DNA of 62,181 bases, the filler included, from Sluysia triapertura (taxonomy: Eukaryota): the NCBI GenBank assembly GCA_046118255.1. It is 5 parts of 5 records of this genome, joined end to end, with 100 filler letters (N's around TTAATTAATTAA, not from the genome) between each part and the next. Parts side by side here need not be neighbours in the genome. Positions count along the whole stretch, not along the records: positions 27,373 to 38,957 come from JBJNIA010183135.1; positions 39,058 to 50,620 come from JBJNIA010183379.1; 3 more parts are not named here. One strand, written 5' to 3'. The notes beneath the pieces are model-generated. The model was not told where the DNA came from and made no database searches. It saw only the letters and a program-made list of their open reading frames with translations. The position numbers and the translations under genes are program-made. How positions within the stretch are numbered: position 1 is the stretch's first letter; each line of letters opens with the position of its first letter. Of the stretch, positions 27,520 to 41,592 are shown in pieces.

Positions 27520-27900
27520 TACATACAAATTTCATAATGATTATGGTCATTATTTTCAATTCGATTCTTGCTTTTCTTGGTAACCAGTGTAATTCTTTAA
27601 GATATGAGATCTCCTTCTTTACTTGAATAATTATTGAGTTCGATATACAATTATCAAAATCTTTATTATTTGTGATCAATTGTCGTATCTTATATTTGAT
27701 ATTCTCATTAAACCTTTTGACAATACAAATAATATATTATTCCACGTTCTTTTTCGAATTCTATATTACGCAATTTCGGTTTTATATCTAACACTTACCA
27801 TTTCATTTTGTTTCATTTATTTTAGTATGACGACTGTTTTTAATAATGAAAATTATAAATTCTGATTTTTCTTCATTTATTTTCAAATATTTATCAATTC
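27520..27900 (-). mobile_element. L2/CR1-type LINE ORF2 C-terminal relic
   Basis: Minus strand reads ISYLKELHWLPRKARIELKIMTI (LxxLHWLP motif). Confidence 0.75.
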
Positions 27901-28079
27901 AGCATCAGTTTTTCAGTTCTATATTAATGAACAATATTATGTGATGAAAATAATGAACCCAAACTGCTACAATTAAAGTCTAACCGATTTTTCACCTTGA
28001 TAAATATTAAAACATTAAATCCGATCCAAAAAATGAATAAGTGAATTAATGAAATATTTAAAATCTTGATAACTAGCAA

Positions 28080-28447
28080 CATAGTTTTAACAATGGTGTG
28101 TAGTGAAAAAAATTACAATTAATAATTAATCAAACAGCAAGACTAATTCTCCAAGTTGGAAGAACATCTCATATAACATATTATCTTAAGGAATTAAATT
28201 GGTTGCCAATAAAAGCAAGAATAGAATTCAAAATTATGACAATAATTTACAAATGCTTACATTACGAAAATCCCGGATATCTTTTAGAAATAATACGAAA
28301 ATGAGAAAGCAAGATGATAGGTTGTATACCGTTTATGTCTCAAAAATGTACAAGCAGTTACCAGAAAATGTCAAATTATTTGAAAATTACGAAATATTTA
28401 AGAAAAAGGCAAAGTTCTTTCTGTTTCAGAAATAACAATATACATTA

Positions 28448-28499
<52 letters not shown>
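28080..28499 (+). mobile_element. L2/CR1-type LINE 3' fragment ending in (ATT)n
   Basis: ITYYLKELNWLPIKARIEFKIMTIIYKCLHYENPGYLLE, then YKQLPENVK and a microsatellite tail. Confidence 0.8.
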
Positions 28500-29107
28500 T
28501 GTTATGAAAGTAAATTTTTTAGTGTATTTTAAATAAATAAATAAATGTTTATGAATCTATAAAAAATAGAAAATGTAATCCTATTCAAGCAAAATGAAGA
28601 AAATATGCACCAAACATTTAAAATCAACTTGGAAATTCAAACAATTTTGCTTATTTAAAAATACTTTGTAATCAAATATAAATGATATCAAAAATAATAT
28701 ATTAAAATTGGAAATGCAAAATTACAATAAATTAATTTTGCATAAAACAAAAATAAAGCCTTATTTATACCAGCAAAATAAAATGTCTAATAATTTCAAT
28801 GATGTTATCTAAAAAAATGACTAATCAAAATGACAAATAATTTATTATTAATACAATATTTTAAGATTAATAATTTAATATTAAAATAAAACATTCCAAA
28901 CGTTAAAACAAAAATAGTAAAATATATTTTAATTTATAATAAAGTGTTATAGTCTTAAGATTTCTAAAAAAACAAAAATTTTCAAAAAACTGTGTTTTTT
29001 TCTAATTAAATTATGCAGTAGAACTTATTATCCTCCAGAAATTTTTACCACATATTTTTAATCGAATTAGAATTATATAATTTTTTTTCTAATTATTATT
29101 GATTAAG

Positions 29108-29233
29108 GAGTTCAAGTGTATGAAAAGGTTATTACAATCAATAAAGTACAACAATACCATGATGGAATTTACATGTGTATTTTGAAAAATGAAGTTGGAA
29201 AATTAGTAAAGTCATTTCAATTAGAAATTTGGT
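29108..29233 (+). CDS. Ig (I-set) domain protein, exon
   Basis: AG/GTATGT-bounded, phase 1-1; ITINKVQQYHDGIYMCILKNEVG contains the DxGxYxC motif. Confidence 0.85.
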
Positions 29234-29466
29234 GTATGTATTTCTTAATTTGACTATAAAATTTAATTAGTTTGTTAAATTCAAAAAGTACAATTTCATT
29301 TAACTGAGTAACAGTTGTTTTATTTTAACTATTTTAAGTATGTATTATGAAAGATATAAAGATATAACATTTATTTTTAGAATTTAAGGTATCTTTTTTC
29401 AACTATTTCTGTAGTTACTAAAATTAAATATTACATTTTTATTATATAAAATGCTAATAATTACAG

Positions 29467-29652
29467 TTCCACCAAAAATTTTAATGGGCAATCAAATAAT
29501 CGAACAGATAAAAAACCAACATACGGTACTTTTAGCTACTATAACTGGACATCCTATTTCGGCTATAGAATGGTTTAGAAATGATCACAAATTAAATTTA
29601 TTTACTAATCCATGTAACAATCAAAAGTATCAGAAATATTGCTTATCTAACG
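29467..29652 (+). CDS. Ig (I-set) domain protein, exon
   Basis: ACAG/GTAATT-bounded, phase 1-1; FPPKI...TVLLATITGHPISAIEWFRND. Confidence 0.85.
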
Positions 29653-29776
29653 GTAATTATATATTCATGATTATATCCGATAAATTTGAGATAACCATTA
29701 ATTCTTTTTTTATTAAAACTGAATTTTTAATTATTTTTTAAATTAATTTAGATTTGTTGAATAATTTTTATTTTAG

Positions 29777-29908
29777 AAGAATCTGTAAATCACAGAGAAA
29801 AAATATCAAAATTATGGATAAATAATTTGAATGATGAAGACTTTACCATGTATATTTGTAGAGTAAATTCACCATTTGGTATTGTTCATGGAACAACAAG
29901 TGTTGTTG
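29777..29908 (+). CDS. Ig (I-set) domain protein, exon (Lachesin/DIP/IgLON-like third-domain flavour)
   Basis: TTTTAG/GTAATA-bounded; SKLWINNLNDEDFTMYICRVNSPFG. Confidence 0.85.
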
Positions 29909-30049
29909 GTAATATTGTTATTGGAAATTAAATTAATCGTTCAATATTTGAAAATAAAAATTAAAGATAAATTAAATGTTACGTATAAAACTTTAAATTT
30001 TATTTCATTATTGAAATAAAACTATGTAAAATTAAAATTTTTATTTTAG

Positions 30050-30084
30050 AAATGAAACAATATGTAAAAAATCCTTGGGGTTAG
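30050..30084 (+). CDS. Possible short terminal or micro-exon of the Ig gene
   Basis: TTTTAG acceptor in phase 1 gives EMKQYVKNPWG*; a GTTAGT donor overlaps the stop. Confidence 0.45.
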
Positions 30085-30469
30085 TATTTTTTTATAATTA
30101 ATAGCTTTTATATTCGCAATTATACTGAATTATATCAAATTAAATGCAAATTTATACAGTGAATATTTGACAAAAGATATAATAAATGTTATATAGTAAT
30201 TTGAACGTACAATAGTGTTTTATGCAACTAATCCAAAAAATGTAACACTTAAAAAATAAAAAAGTGCATTAATTTTCAAAAAAAAGAAAAGTGTAGAATA
30301 CCCACAGGCTGATGACTAGTACGTATTTAAAAATCATAATTTAAAAACACTATCATAAGCTAATATCATACTTTATCAATCACAATTAGAGTACAGCAAA
30401 ATTTTGGACATTCGCCATATTGTTTTTGTCAAACGTTTTAATTTTTAATAAGTTACTTTATATTTTTAC

Positions 30470-30710
30470 TGAATATTTCTTAGGAATAATAAAAATGTAG
30501 GAACAAAGATGAATATTTCATTGAAACATAATCTATACAGAATCCAAAGTGATAATAAGTTAGACGATAGGTTATATACGGTTTATGTTTCAAAAATAGA
30601 CAACCAGCTACCACAGAATGTCAAATTACCGGAAGATCACGAAATATTGAAAAAAAAGGTAAGTTCTTTCTGTTTCAGAAATATTATAATGAATGATTTA
30701 TTTTAAGCAC
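30470..30710 (+). mobile_element. L2-type LINE 3' fragment
   Basis: Closely similar to 28310-28435 and 39060-39280 (DDRLYTVYVSK..QLPxNVK). Confidence 0.75.
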
Positions 30711-30739
30711 TTTTGAATAATTATTTTGAGCAAAATATA

Positions 30740-31632
30740 AATTAAGGCTGCTTTGTCTTTCATGGACAAAATGCTAAAATCCAAAAATCTCGATTTACTT
30801 AGGGAAAAAAATTAGAGTTCGGTTTTTTGATAGAAAATTTCTTGTACTTTCTAAGAAATATTAAAACATATTTTAAAAATTAATTTTGTTGAAAATGGAA
30901 TGGTCGGAAACTATATAATGTATTTGGTTGTAGTGTTACTATGACCCATATGCAGCCGCTTAGAATCAAAGGTCAATAATGACGAAGTAAAGGTCTGACC
31001 CATCTCAGAGTATCTATGAATTATAATTGAAGTTTAGTGTTAGAAAACAACCAATATTAATTCATTTAGCTGAAATCAGTAAAGTGAAAAAGTTCGTTCC
31101 ACACGAACTGAATGAAGGGAAGAAACAAAAACCTTTGGAAGCTTGCTTTCTCGTCACAAATGTGATCTATTTTTGAATCGAATTTTTTACTTTTGATTAA
31201 AAAATAGATCGAATATCACAATTTCAAACTTTCACCAGTGTGGTTGGAGAAGCATGAATGATAAAAACACACCCCAAAAGAAGCTGATGATAAGTGTTTG
31301 GCTCATCAATCAGAGCATAAATGTACTGCAATTTACTGGACGAAATAACACAAAAACTTTTCAAAAAATAGCTTGATAACGCTAGACTAGACACTGCACA
31401 AGCGAATGTAACAAAACTACAATAATTGGAGTTGGACCTTCTTCATCTTCTTACATACTCACCAGATCTAGTCATCTCCGCAATTTGGAAAAGTTCCGAG
31501 AATATTGTAAAACTGACTTTCTAAGAATTTAATGACTCTCGTTTGCGCTTAAATGGTACAAGTGTATAAACAATATGGATGCATATTTTCCTTGTGTTTC
31601 TTTCTATAAATTTCATCCTTGACAACCTAATA
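30740..31632 (+). mobile_element. Decayed mariner transposon
   Basis: Relics of KVKK..VPHELNE (WVPHEL, ~31095), FLNRI and TYSPDL (~31455); the 3' end CAACCTAATA is typical of mariner TIRs. Confidence 0.75.
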
Positions 31633-32699
31633 TAAAGGGAAATTTACATTTACTTTCTAAGCTGATATCACTGACACTGATATAAAACTAGATTCTTCAG
31701 ACAATAAAAAACTAAAACGGAACAAAGCTTGGAATTACCTATGTGTTATGATTTATAGGTTTATTCTAATCATTTGAATTTAAATATATCTGAATATTAG
31801 AATATATTTATTAAAAGTACATAGATGATGTTTGAGAATTTTAAAGAATGCAGTTTTTAAAATATTATCGACAAACAAAGAAATAGTTATTATTGCAAAA
31901 TATCATATTTATATAATTTATTTAATTTTCTTTTTTAAATTTTAAGAATCAGATAAACATTCTTATTTTATGAGCAAAAAACAAAATAAATGTATTAAAA
32001 TTATTATTCAGTACCGATCTATGGGTACAATTTAATTAAATGTAAAATATTAAAAGGATATTATAAATTTTATTCCAAATTAAAACAATTAAATGTAATG
32101 ATATCTTTATATAATTTATCTGCAATAAATAGGGGACTCAGGAAATATTTTAGATTAAACAATGAAATACTTTTAAATTAATTGTTATTAAACAATTAAT
32201 ATTAAACTGTTAATATTAATTAAGAGATTTATTATTAGAAAAATTAAGTGATTTCAGTTTGCAGAAGAAAAAACTAAAACCTGAAGAACGCTAAAGGAGT
32301 ATGAAAAATTAATAAGCTTTCTGAAAGTCTTATATCTACCAAGTATAATAAATAACAAATGCAATTCAGAAACAATTAAATTTTGATAATTGTAAAAATA
32401 CCTTATTAAACTCAGATATGGTGAAAAAACTGAATCGATTTCGCAACTAATTTTACAACAAAATTATTGGAATAATAAATCAATCATTACCTTTTATTTA
32501 ACGACTTCGAGCGGAGATTTATTGTTTCGATTCGAATTAAAATTATAAAATAATGGTTGACTTAATTTTGAGGCACGTTAATGTTTTGATTAATTTTCTT
32601 GTTTGTGTGGTTTTTTCTGGTATTGTTAATTGACGATTATTTGCTTTTTAATTCCATAGCATATTTGAATTTAAAAGATGTTACAGTTAGTTTTTCCAA

Positions 32700-33148
32700 A
32701 AACATATTGATTTTATATACAATGGTGATAAAATTCAACATTTTTCAAGGATACATTGTCACGGAAAATGTAAAATGTAAAATGTTGGATAAAAATTCTG
32801 GTGAAAGTAAAATAATAGATAAAAATACTGAAATCCAAAACATACGAAAATTTTATTCATGTAAAATGTGATAACACAATTTACTACAAATCAAATATGT
32901 ACAAACTGTTGTATCAGTACTTTGTTTGCGATCCTTTGTTATCAAATAATTTCCAGATCCTTAAAGGCATGCCATGGCTGAGCTTGGGCACAAGTCTTTG
33001 ATCTCGTCAATAAGTTCTGTTTGTGGGTAGAAACTTTCCTTCTGACAATATCCCACAGATTTTCTATGGGATTCATGTCTGGAGAGTAGCAAATATTAAG
33101 AAAAGCAAAGGAAAACATATTTTTCCTGTTTTAGTCTAATAATTTGGT
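32700..33148 (-). mobile_element. Non-autonomous Tc1-like element (copy 1)
   Basis: Minus strand YSPDMNPIENLWD; partial TIR TTTAGTCTAATAATTTGG; colinear with 36224-36654. Confidence 0.75.
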
Positions 33149-34959
33149 AAATATAATTTATCTTTCAATGTATTGTTGTTATTTTTGTAAATAACTATTA
33201 ATTTTAAAATGTCAAATTGTTAGTAATAAACCTCGATACTGATTGTTTCATTCCTTGAAAATTTGGTTATATCTTTTCTCTTTGCACACTTTTTCATATA
33301 ATAAGGCTGTGTGTAAGTTACTAAGTTACCTATTCTGTTATCTCTTCATTAAAGACTTCCTTTTGTTTTTATGATGCACTTCTGTTCTCTTTTACAATAT
33401 GCATATACCTTCTTTTTACTTAGCAGTCTTTACAGTCTAATAAGTCGAAGTATATTCTTTATCGTTACTATAGTCATTTTTCAATAGAAGCTTATTTTTA
33501 TCTTATTTTCTTCTATATTTTTTGCTGTTTGTAGTTTATTTTTTGTTTCAGAGTTATTTTGATTTTGTTGTTTTAAGTATTTACTTTAATTTTATATTAT
33601 TTGTGATTTTCTGTACATTAACTTCACATTTTAATTTATATTATTGCTAATTCTCTAATACAATGTTAAATGTATAAATTGTTTGGAGAAACGTTCTAGA
33701 AGCATATTTATGATGTTGCCCACGTAGAATAGTATAAAGTTTATCATTGTGCGTATCAAAAACATTCGACTGCGAAGATCTTGAGACAATTTTTAGTGTG
33801 TCATGTTTAAAACCCCAGAGACTAAAGAATATATTCATTCCCAAGATCCAACCACAAAGGTGCTCAAAGAAATTGAATCTTCATAATTTTCAAGATTCAA
33901 TTATGAATAATCCTAATTAAGTATCCTAAAATATGTGTATAATTTAATAGAATAATATTATAGCTAACTTTGTATTATAGTCTTGCATTATTTACCTTTA
34001 AAATAGTCAAATATCGTTAAATATAAATTCGAATAATGCAAACGTTAATATTATATCAAAAACAATTATTATGTGAAATGTATTATATAAAACTTAAAAA
34101 AGATAATCATACAAATATAATTTATATCAAAATAATAACATAAACAACAATGATAATAACAATAATTTATTTTTGAACAGAATAACCTAGCCCAAAGACT
34201 CGGTCAAGTTGGTGATATTTTATAATTAGCCTTAATGACCAACTAAAATAAAATTATTTTAGAATTTAACGAGCTTTTGTTATTCATCTTAAGGACCTAC
34301 AAAAATTGGATAGTTTAATTAAATTTTGTAACTCTATATTTCCGTAATGTAAAATTAATGATGATACTTTGACCTTGATGTAAATTAATGATATTGATAA
34401 TTTTTTAATTTATTGATGTTGATACGGAATTAAAGAATTAATTTTTATTCTGGATATTTATTCAGGACAAATATTTATTAAAAATGTTTTTGTAAATAGT
34501 TTAATATTTTTTGTAGATATTAAATTTTAATTATTTTTAAAAAAATTTATACATATTTTGTTTTATTAAATTGAATTTTAAATTTTGTTTTAAAAGATTG
34601 ATATGGCCAAGGTCAATAAAATTTATATATAAGGAATGCCTAAATCATGCTATTACACAATTTTGTACAACTTGTAAAGATATAACCTTCATTTCGCAAT
34701 TTTTAATTGATTGGACACAAAATTAGATACAGCTTATAGAACCTAATTTTTATCTGAACTTCTCATTTACGATTGTGACGTTCATTCAAGAAATTATCGC
34801 GTCGAGCTCCAACTTTGGCCAGATCCTTCTATAGTTTTTCAAATAATTAGTTAGTTTGTTCATTTTTTTATTAAAATTTTCTGAGGCTTCAGATTTTCCC
34901 ATTCTGGTGTTAACATTGTTAATAGAAATTTATTAATAATTAAATAAATTTAACACTTA

Positions 34960-35230
34960 ATAAATTAAGAATTTTTTAATACTTTCATGAGATATTCAGG
35001 ACTTTCACAATGCAAACATTTATAAATTATTTTCATAATTTTGAATTCTAATTTTGCTTTTATAGGTAACCAGTGTAATTCTTTAAGATAAGATGTTACA
35101 TTAGATCTTCTTGTTACTTGGAAAATTAGTTTTGCTGATTGATTTATTATTAATTGTAATTTTTGTACTTTTCTATCTAGAATTGAGTACAATATACCAT
35201 TTTAAAAATCTAAGTTATGAGTTATTATTA
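34960..35230 (-). mobile_element. L2/CR1-type LINE ORF2 C-terminal relic
   Basis: VQKLQLIINQSAKLIF...VTSYLKELHWLPIKAKLEFKIMKIIYKCLHCESPEYL. Confidence 0.85.
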
Positions 35231-36223
35231 ATAAATTTTCGATTATATGATATTTTTAATTGATATTTACACTTTTTAACAATACAATTAATATTTTCTT
35301 GTATGAATTAATTAAAAAATTAAATTATTAAATAATTAATTAATTAAATTATTAATTAATTATTAATATACACATATTAAAATATGTATATGACCAGATA
35401 AATTATAATTATAATATCAACAAAGCACTTTTAATTTTTGTATCTACTATATCATTCTAGTTTGTTAATAATTATTTTTAATTTATTGTTTAATGTTTAA
35501 TTAAATTTTTAATTTTTTATGATAATTAATTTACAGTTAAACGGATAAAAATTTTAATTTTAATCGTACATTTAAATGAAAATTTTTGTAAAAAATTTAA
35601 TATCATAATTTAATTTTTAAACTTCAATTTTATGAAATATTTTTTATTGTCAATAAACTGGTTTTATCATTAAAATTTTATTTTATATCATATCACTAAT
35701 ATTTCATATTTCATAATGGTATACAGTTATAAAAGATTATTAATTATTCATTTATAAATAATGAGCCTCTAATTTTTATGAGCCAATTCTAATTTCATTC
35801 TTTTTTTTATTCAATTTATTTAAATACTAAAATATTTTATTTTATCAAATATGTGTACAATTAAATTTATTTTTTCTATGTGATAATTTTAAATTACAAT
35901 GTTATAAATAATTAATTAAATTTAATAATATTATTATTATAATTATTTTAAGTGTGTGTATTTGGTAATGTTTTAAGCATCTATGAAATTCAAAATCGAC
36001 ACACCTAATAAAGGACAAATAAAATCCTAAACTCAGCTAAAATAATATGACGAATATTTTGGATTGTATGTATCTATTTTATTATGACGTCATTTGTGTA
36101 AAGTAAACTAGAATCGATATGAGAGTTTATTATTAATATTTATTTTTAATACAGTGTCGCGCGGTAACTTTTGTGTGTTTTATTTTTAGAATTTGTTTGA
36201 TTATGTACAAATTCATCATAATA

Positions 36224-36654
36224 CAGTGGTGGTCAAATTATTAGACTAAAGACCTTTTTTGATACAATTCAACATTTTTCAAGGATACTATGAAACTATT
36301 AATCATTTACTCATGTAAAATGTTGGAAAATAACTACTTCTGATGAAAATAAAATAATAGATAAAATACTGAAAACCAAAACATACAGAAATTTTATTCG
36401 TGAGGAACGATAACACAATGTACAAACTGCCAATATTTTCCTGTTTTTTAAAGGCATGCCACGAATAAGCTTGGGGTACAAGTCTTTGATCTCGTCATCG
36501 TGATGCAAAACTTTTGGTTAATGGATAAAAGCTCTCCTTTTGACCATATCCCACAGATTCTCTATCGGATTCGTATCTGAAGAGTAGCAAATATTAAGAA
36601 AACCAAAGAAAAACATATTTTTCTTGTTTTAGTCTAATAATTTGGCCACCACTG
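36224..36654 (-). mobile_element. Complete 431-bp non-autonomous Tc1-like element (copy 2)
   Basis: TIRs CAGTGGTGGTCAAATTATTAGACTAAA / TTTAGTCTAATAATTTGGCCACCACTG, with a TA flank on the left; internal DTNPIENLWD relic. Confidence 0.9.
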
Positions 36655-38549
36655 TTTATATTGTTTTTTTAATGAATATTATGAATTTGTAAAATAATAT
36701 AAGCCATCAAAAAATTAATTGTATGTGTAAATGAAAACTAAAACTAAATATTAAGATTTTTATCTAACATTTTTATTTGTTTTTGTAAAATATGTCAGGA
36801 AAATACTTCAAAGTTTTATTTGTATTTAAAGTTCTATAATAAAATTATAAATCATTCTTTATTTAATAAATGAAATAAATTTTTGATTCCTACTAAGTAA
36901 AGTTTAAAAAATTGTTTAAGTACTTTTTAAATACATCTTTTAAAGATTAACATCTAAATATTTATTATTATAGAATATAATTTACACTTAATTTTAAGTA
37001 TAATAATATTTTTCCATTTATTTTTATATTTAAATAAATTCTTTTCTTTCATATCTGGAGAGAGATTATCAAATTTTAAATTTAATTTAATAATTTAAAG
37101 ACAATTTCATTAATTAATTAATTAATTAATTAATTGATAATTAATAATAAAGATTTTAATAATGGTATATTGTGTTCGATTACATAAAGAAAAAATGTGA
37201 AAATTACCCAAATAATTTTTCGGTAGAAAGATCTCTTAAAAATTATTCCAAATAATATTAGCTTTTTTGTAAATGCTTAATTTACAGAAGTCGTGAATCA
37301 ATGACGTAATTAATATAATTTAAACTTTTGTGGATCTCTACTTTATAATTAACTTTTCATTATAATTAAATTAATAATAATAATAATAATAATAATAATG
37401 ATTGTGAATTAATAACAAAAATAATAATTTTGACAATAAATTTATATAAATTATTTTTTATCATTTGTTATATTGAAATGATATATTCATTGTTATAAAA
37501 AGTTTGAACACTCTTCAGAAATTTGGTGCATTAATGAGCCACTAATTTCTAGTACGCTATATATATTCTCATATATTTTCATATTTTCAATAGAAACTTC
37601 CCTTCATTTTTTTTGTTTAACTAAAATTTTAAATATTTGAAAGAAATAATTATTAATAATAGATTTATATTTCTTATTTTTCTAAATATTTAATAATTAT
37701 TTATTTATGTAATAAAATATTTTCATTCAAATTACATATTAACTTTTCTTCGTATTTGTGCAAAATGAATGTGGTATATGTAATTTTTATTTCGAAATGT
37801 AAAACGTGATTTAACTAAGAATTTTATTAGTCACAGTCATTGTTAGTTTAATTGGTTAATTGTTAATTGGCATCAAAATATACAAAAAAAACAACTATAT
37901 TTATTTATCCACAATTTATTTTTTTTTAAATATGAATTGTTTTAATTGGCCGAATTTGCAGCTAAATTTAATGTTGAGTTAATAGAAGTACATAATTACT
38001 TTTGTGATTATTTTGTTTGTTATTTAAGCAAAGTAATTATAGAAATAATTATAACAAATTTGATTATTTAAACGTACATAAAATAAAATATTCGTTCAAA
38101 AATGTAATTCTTGACTCTTAATCTAGGGCAAAATAAAATTGAGCAGTCTTATTTACTGCTAACACAAAGTTAATCTCATAAAAACTTGTGTAATAACTTG
38201 GAATAAAGTTGATGGTCTTATTTCTATTATTAATCGAACCGATTTACAAAAAAACTCGATATATTAAATTCGTTTATTAAATAAAGATTCAAAAAAATTT
38301 ATTAATAAATTAATGCAAAACAGAATAAAGTGATAACATTGAATAAATAATTTTAAAATAAAAATAATCTTCGATTAATAATATTTTAGGTTTCAAAAAT
38401 TCCCCGCATTAGATCGGGTTTTTTTAAATGTTATTACGTATATTTTACGATTCCAATACTCCTATAATAATAAATCTTACCAAAAACCAAATTAATTCTA
38501 AATCAAAATCTCAAATGGCGTATTGAACAATGAATTTCAAAAAATTATA

Positions 38550-38730
38550 GAAATTTCTATTCTATTTTTAGAAGTTTATTTTATTTTTTGGAAAATAAAT
38601 ATTTTTTTAGTTATTTAGAAGCTTTAAAATATTTTTTAAGTGATGTTAAAATTTTTTAATGATATTTTACATAATTTTAGAGGGTTGTGATGGCAACTTA
38701 ACAAATATCTAATGATAATATCACTAAATT
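38550..38730 (+). repeat. Dispersed repeat shared with 50215-50400
   Basis: TTTTAGAGGGT(T/C)GT(G/A)ATG(G/A)CAAC(T/C)TAACAAAT and TTCTATTCTAT..TTAGAAG occur in both. Confidence 0.65.
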
Positions 38731-38957
38731 ACATTTCATTCAGTAAGATTTGGAATAACAAAATATAATATTTAATATAAACAAAATAATTAATTAATAA
38801 AAATTCGACATACTCTCCAGTCGCATAGATAAACAATGATTTTCTTTGTCTCATCCTCATCTATAATTAAAATTTAAAGTGACTGATACAAGATTAAAAT
38901 AATTAAATGACAATTTTGATTGCTCAACTGGTAGGAGATTTTTTTAGAATATATATA

Positions 38958-39057
38958 NNNNNNNNNNNNNNNNNNNNNNNNNNNNNNNNNNNNNNNNNNN
39001 NTTAATTAATTAANNNNNNNNNNNNNNNNNNNNNNNNNNNNNNNNNNNNNNNNNNNN
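38958..39057. other. Artificial scaffold linker
   Basis: N44-TTAATTAATTAA-N44. Confidence 0.97.
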
Positions 39058-39375
39058 GAAGTCCTGAATATCTTTTAGAAATAATAAAAAATTTGGAAAC
39101 CAAGATGAATATTTCATTGAGACATAATAATAATAATCTATCCAGAATCCATAGTGATAATAAGAGCTAGATTATAGGTTGTATACCCCGTTTATGTTTC
39201 AAAAATGTACAGCCAGTTACCAGAGAATGTGAAATATTTATGAAATATTTAAGAAAAAGACAAAGTTGTTTCTGTTACTTATTTTGTAACAGATATCAGC
39301 GCTATATAAATTAATATAAAATTGTTGCTTAGGAATTCCACAAAGTCCTAATAATAATATAATAATTATAATTAA
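39058..39375 (+). mobile_element. L2-type LINE 3' end with (AAT)n tail
   Basis: Similar to the 28270-28435 and 30470-30700 copies; AGCGCTATATAAAT near the end. Confidence 0.75.
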
Positions 39376-39703
39376 TAAAGAAGAGAATTTGCAGATGGAA
39401 AAATGAAATAATAAAAATAAAACTAGATAAACAAACTTGTGACGATAAAAGACACAGAAGATCGAGAAAAAGAAAAATATAACATACGATCGATTCATAT
39501 TGCAAACTTGGTTGCTTGCCATAGTCATACTAGAAACGCAAATGATAAACCTTGATCTGGAAGATACGAACAAATCTAATAAATCAAATTAATCCTCCAT
39601 CAATCTTGTTTATCCACATCAATTTAATGACAACGAATTAAGATGTTGTAGCTATTTCATTCTAATAATAAGTAGACAGTGATTACAAATAAATATTAAA
39701 TAC

Positions 39704-40208
39704 CGGGTCAGGATCGTGGAGGAAGATTTCAGTGAAAAATTGATGTGTTGCAGCAAGCTCGTAACCCTGATCGATGTAGCTCGCCCACCGACTGGAGCGA
39801 GACTCTGGAAGTTCAGATTCGGAACTGATGTCAGCGAGGAATTTTATAATCGATGGAGATTCTGATAGAAGAGATTCATGGATTGGTTGCATGAACGGTT
39901 CCTTAATGGAGAGATACGATGATGTTGCGGCGGAACTTGATGATGCAGTTGCACACGCAGACGTTGTATGGTTTGTCAGACTTTGGAGAGATTTGGAAAT
40001 CAGAGTGAAGTTGCGAATGATGCGAGGATCTTGAGGGTATTCTCGAATTAATTGATACAAGTATGGATTCAAAACAGCCGGACACAAAAGTCGCAAGAAC
40101 AAACAGCTCGAAAGCACTTGCTCAATAGACGGATATTCGAGTGTGGTGTCACCAGAAGTGAGCTTGACCAATCTATTCCTAAGGTGTGTGAATACTTGTT
40201 TTAATTCT
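39704..40208 (-). CDS. RasGAP exon (DAB2IP/SynGAP/RASAL2 family), FLR motif
   Basis: ELKQVF...SSCLFLRLLCPAVLNPYLYQLIREYP..RNFTLISKSLQSLTN...KEPFM...YIDQGYELA; TTCAG acceptor and GTATTT donor. Confidence 0.92.
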
Positions 40209-40296
40209 CTGAATTGAAATGTTAACAATTAGAATAACAAATAAGTATGTAATATAATTTCGATGTATTTAGTATCAATATTCGAAAATAACTAAC

Positions 40297-40742
40297 ACTG
40301 GCATTTCCTCAACACTAGATGTAATACGATGGACCAGGTTCTGGACCATGCTCGTCAACTGAACTTGTGTTAGACGCAACAAAGAGCGATCTTCCAAGCG
40401 AGAAGGGTCCACTTCCAAGGAAGCAGAATAATTTGCAAGTTTGTTGGCGAATTCTCCCAGTACGGACTGTAAATATTCCATACCCACCAACTTCATATAG
40501 CTCTCGATAGCCTTGCTTCCGATAGAATTGGCACGCAAAGCCACTTGCTGACCATAACTGACATTGCTGGCCGTGGTAATGGTGTGGCTAAGGGTTTCGA
40601 CCAAAGAGTCGGTTATGAAAATGGCACAAGATCCAGCTAGTTCGTGAATCGATACTAGACAAGACGCCACTTCTTCTAGCTTGCGGCCAGTCAATCTGTT
40701 ATCCAAGTAAGTTACAAGAACCGAGTACTTTTCCAACACGAA
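40297..40742 (-). CDS. RasGAP exon with the arginine-finger region
   Basis: EEVASCLVSIH...LRANSIGSKAIESYMKLVGMEYLQSVLGEF...EVDPSR; TAG acceptor and GTTAGT donor; phases are compatible with the neighbouring exons. Confidence 0.92.
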
Positions 40743-41403
40743 CTAAATCAATTCAAATAGAAAATATCGAAAAATAACATTATGGTCATATTATTTTTAA
40801 GTTAAATGTCGTGATATCTTACGATTTTAAAAGAATACATTTATTGTATCTTCATTTGATTATTTGATAACTAAAAGAATTAATTATCATGATATAATAA
40901 GGCCAATTCAGTTTTAAAGGTTTTAGAACATCTGTTATTATTTATTAATTGGTCATTGACCCGCCAATATTTAAGGTCAACATGGAACACTTAAATCTAT
41001 TTTACGGAGTAATATGCAGAAGAAACAAGTCGCACCACCAATCAAATTTGACAGCTAACAAAACTGAACGTTATTCTTTCGAGTCTGTTATAAGCCAACC
41101 AATTGTAATAATCAAATTTCTGCGATAATTTTCGTTGACTTCCAATTTACTCTCTCCGAGAAATTACTCACAGATAGTGACAAACAATCCTCTTATCTTG
41201 TTAACCTAATAAAATCAGAAAATAATGTTTACTATTTAAATAATATATCAACTTTACATTGTAAAACATATTATGTAATATTATATAATATTAGTAATAC
41301 TGATGAATTTCAACATTATAATTTGGCACAAACATCTTACATAAAAACAATTTTTTAAATAAATTAATTAAAACGTGTACTTTTACATTTTCAAAGGTAA
41401 TAC

Positions 41404-41439
<36 letters not shown>

Positions 41440-41561
41440 TCCATTAACAAACATAATCCATCATGGTATTTTATTTTATTCTTCTATCAATATTCGTTTC
41501 CTTCTTATTTCTTCCCTACAACATTCTTGTCTACCATCATTTTTCGATACCCCCAAAAAAT

Positions 41562-41574
<13 letters not shown>

Positions 41575-41592
<18 letters not shown>

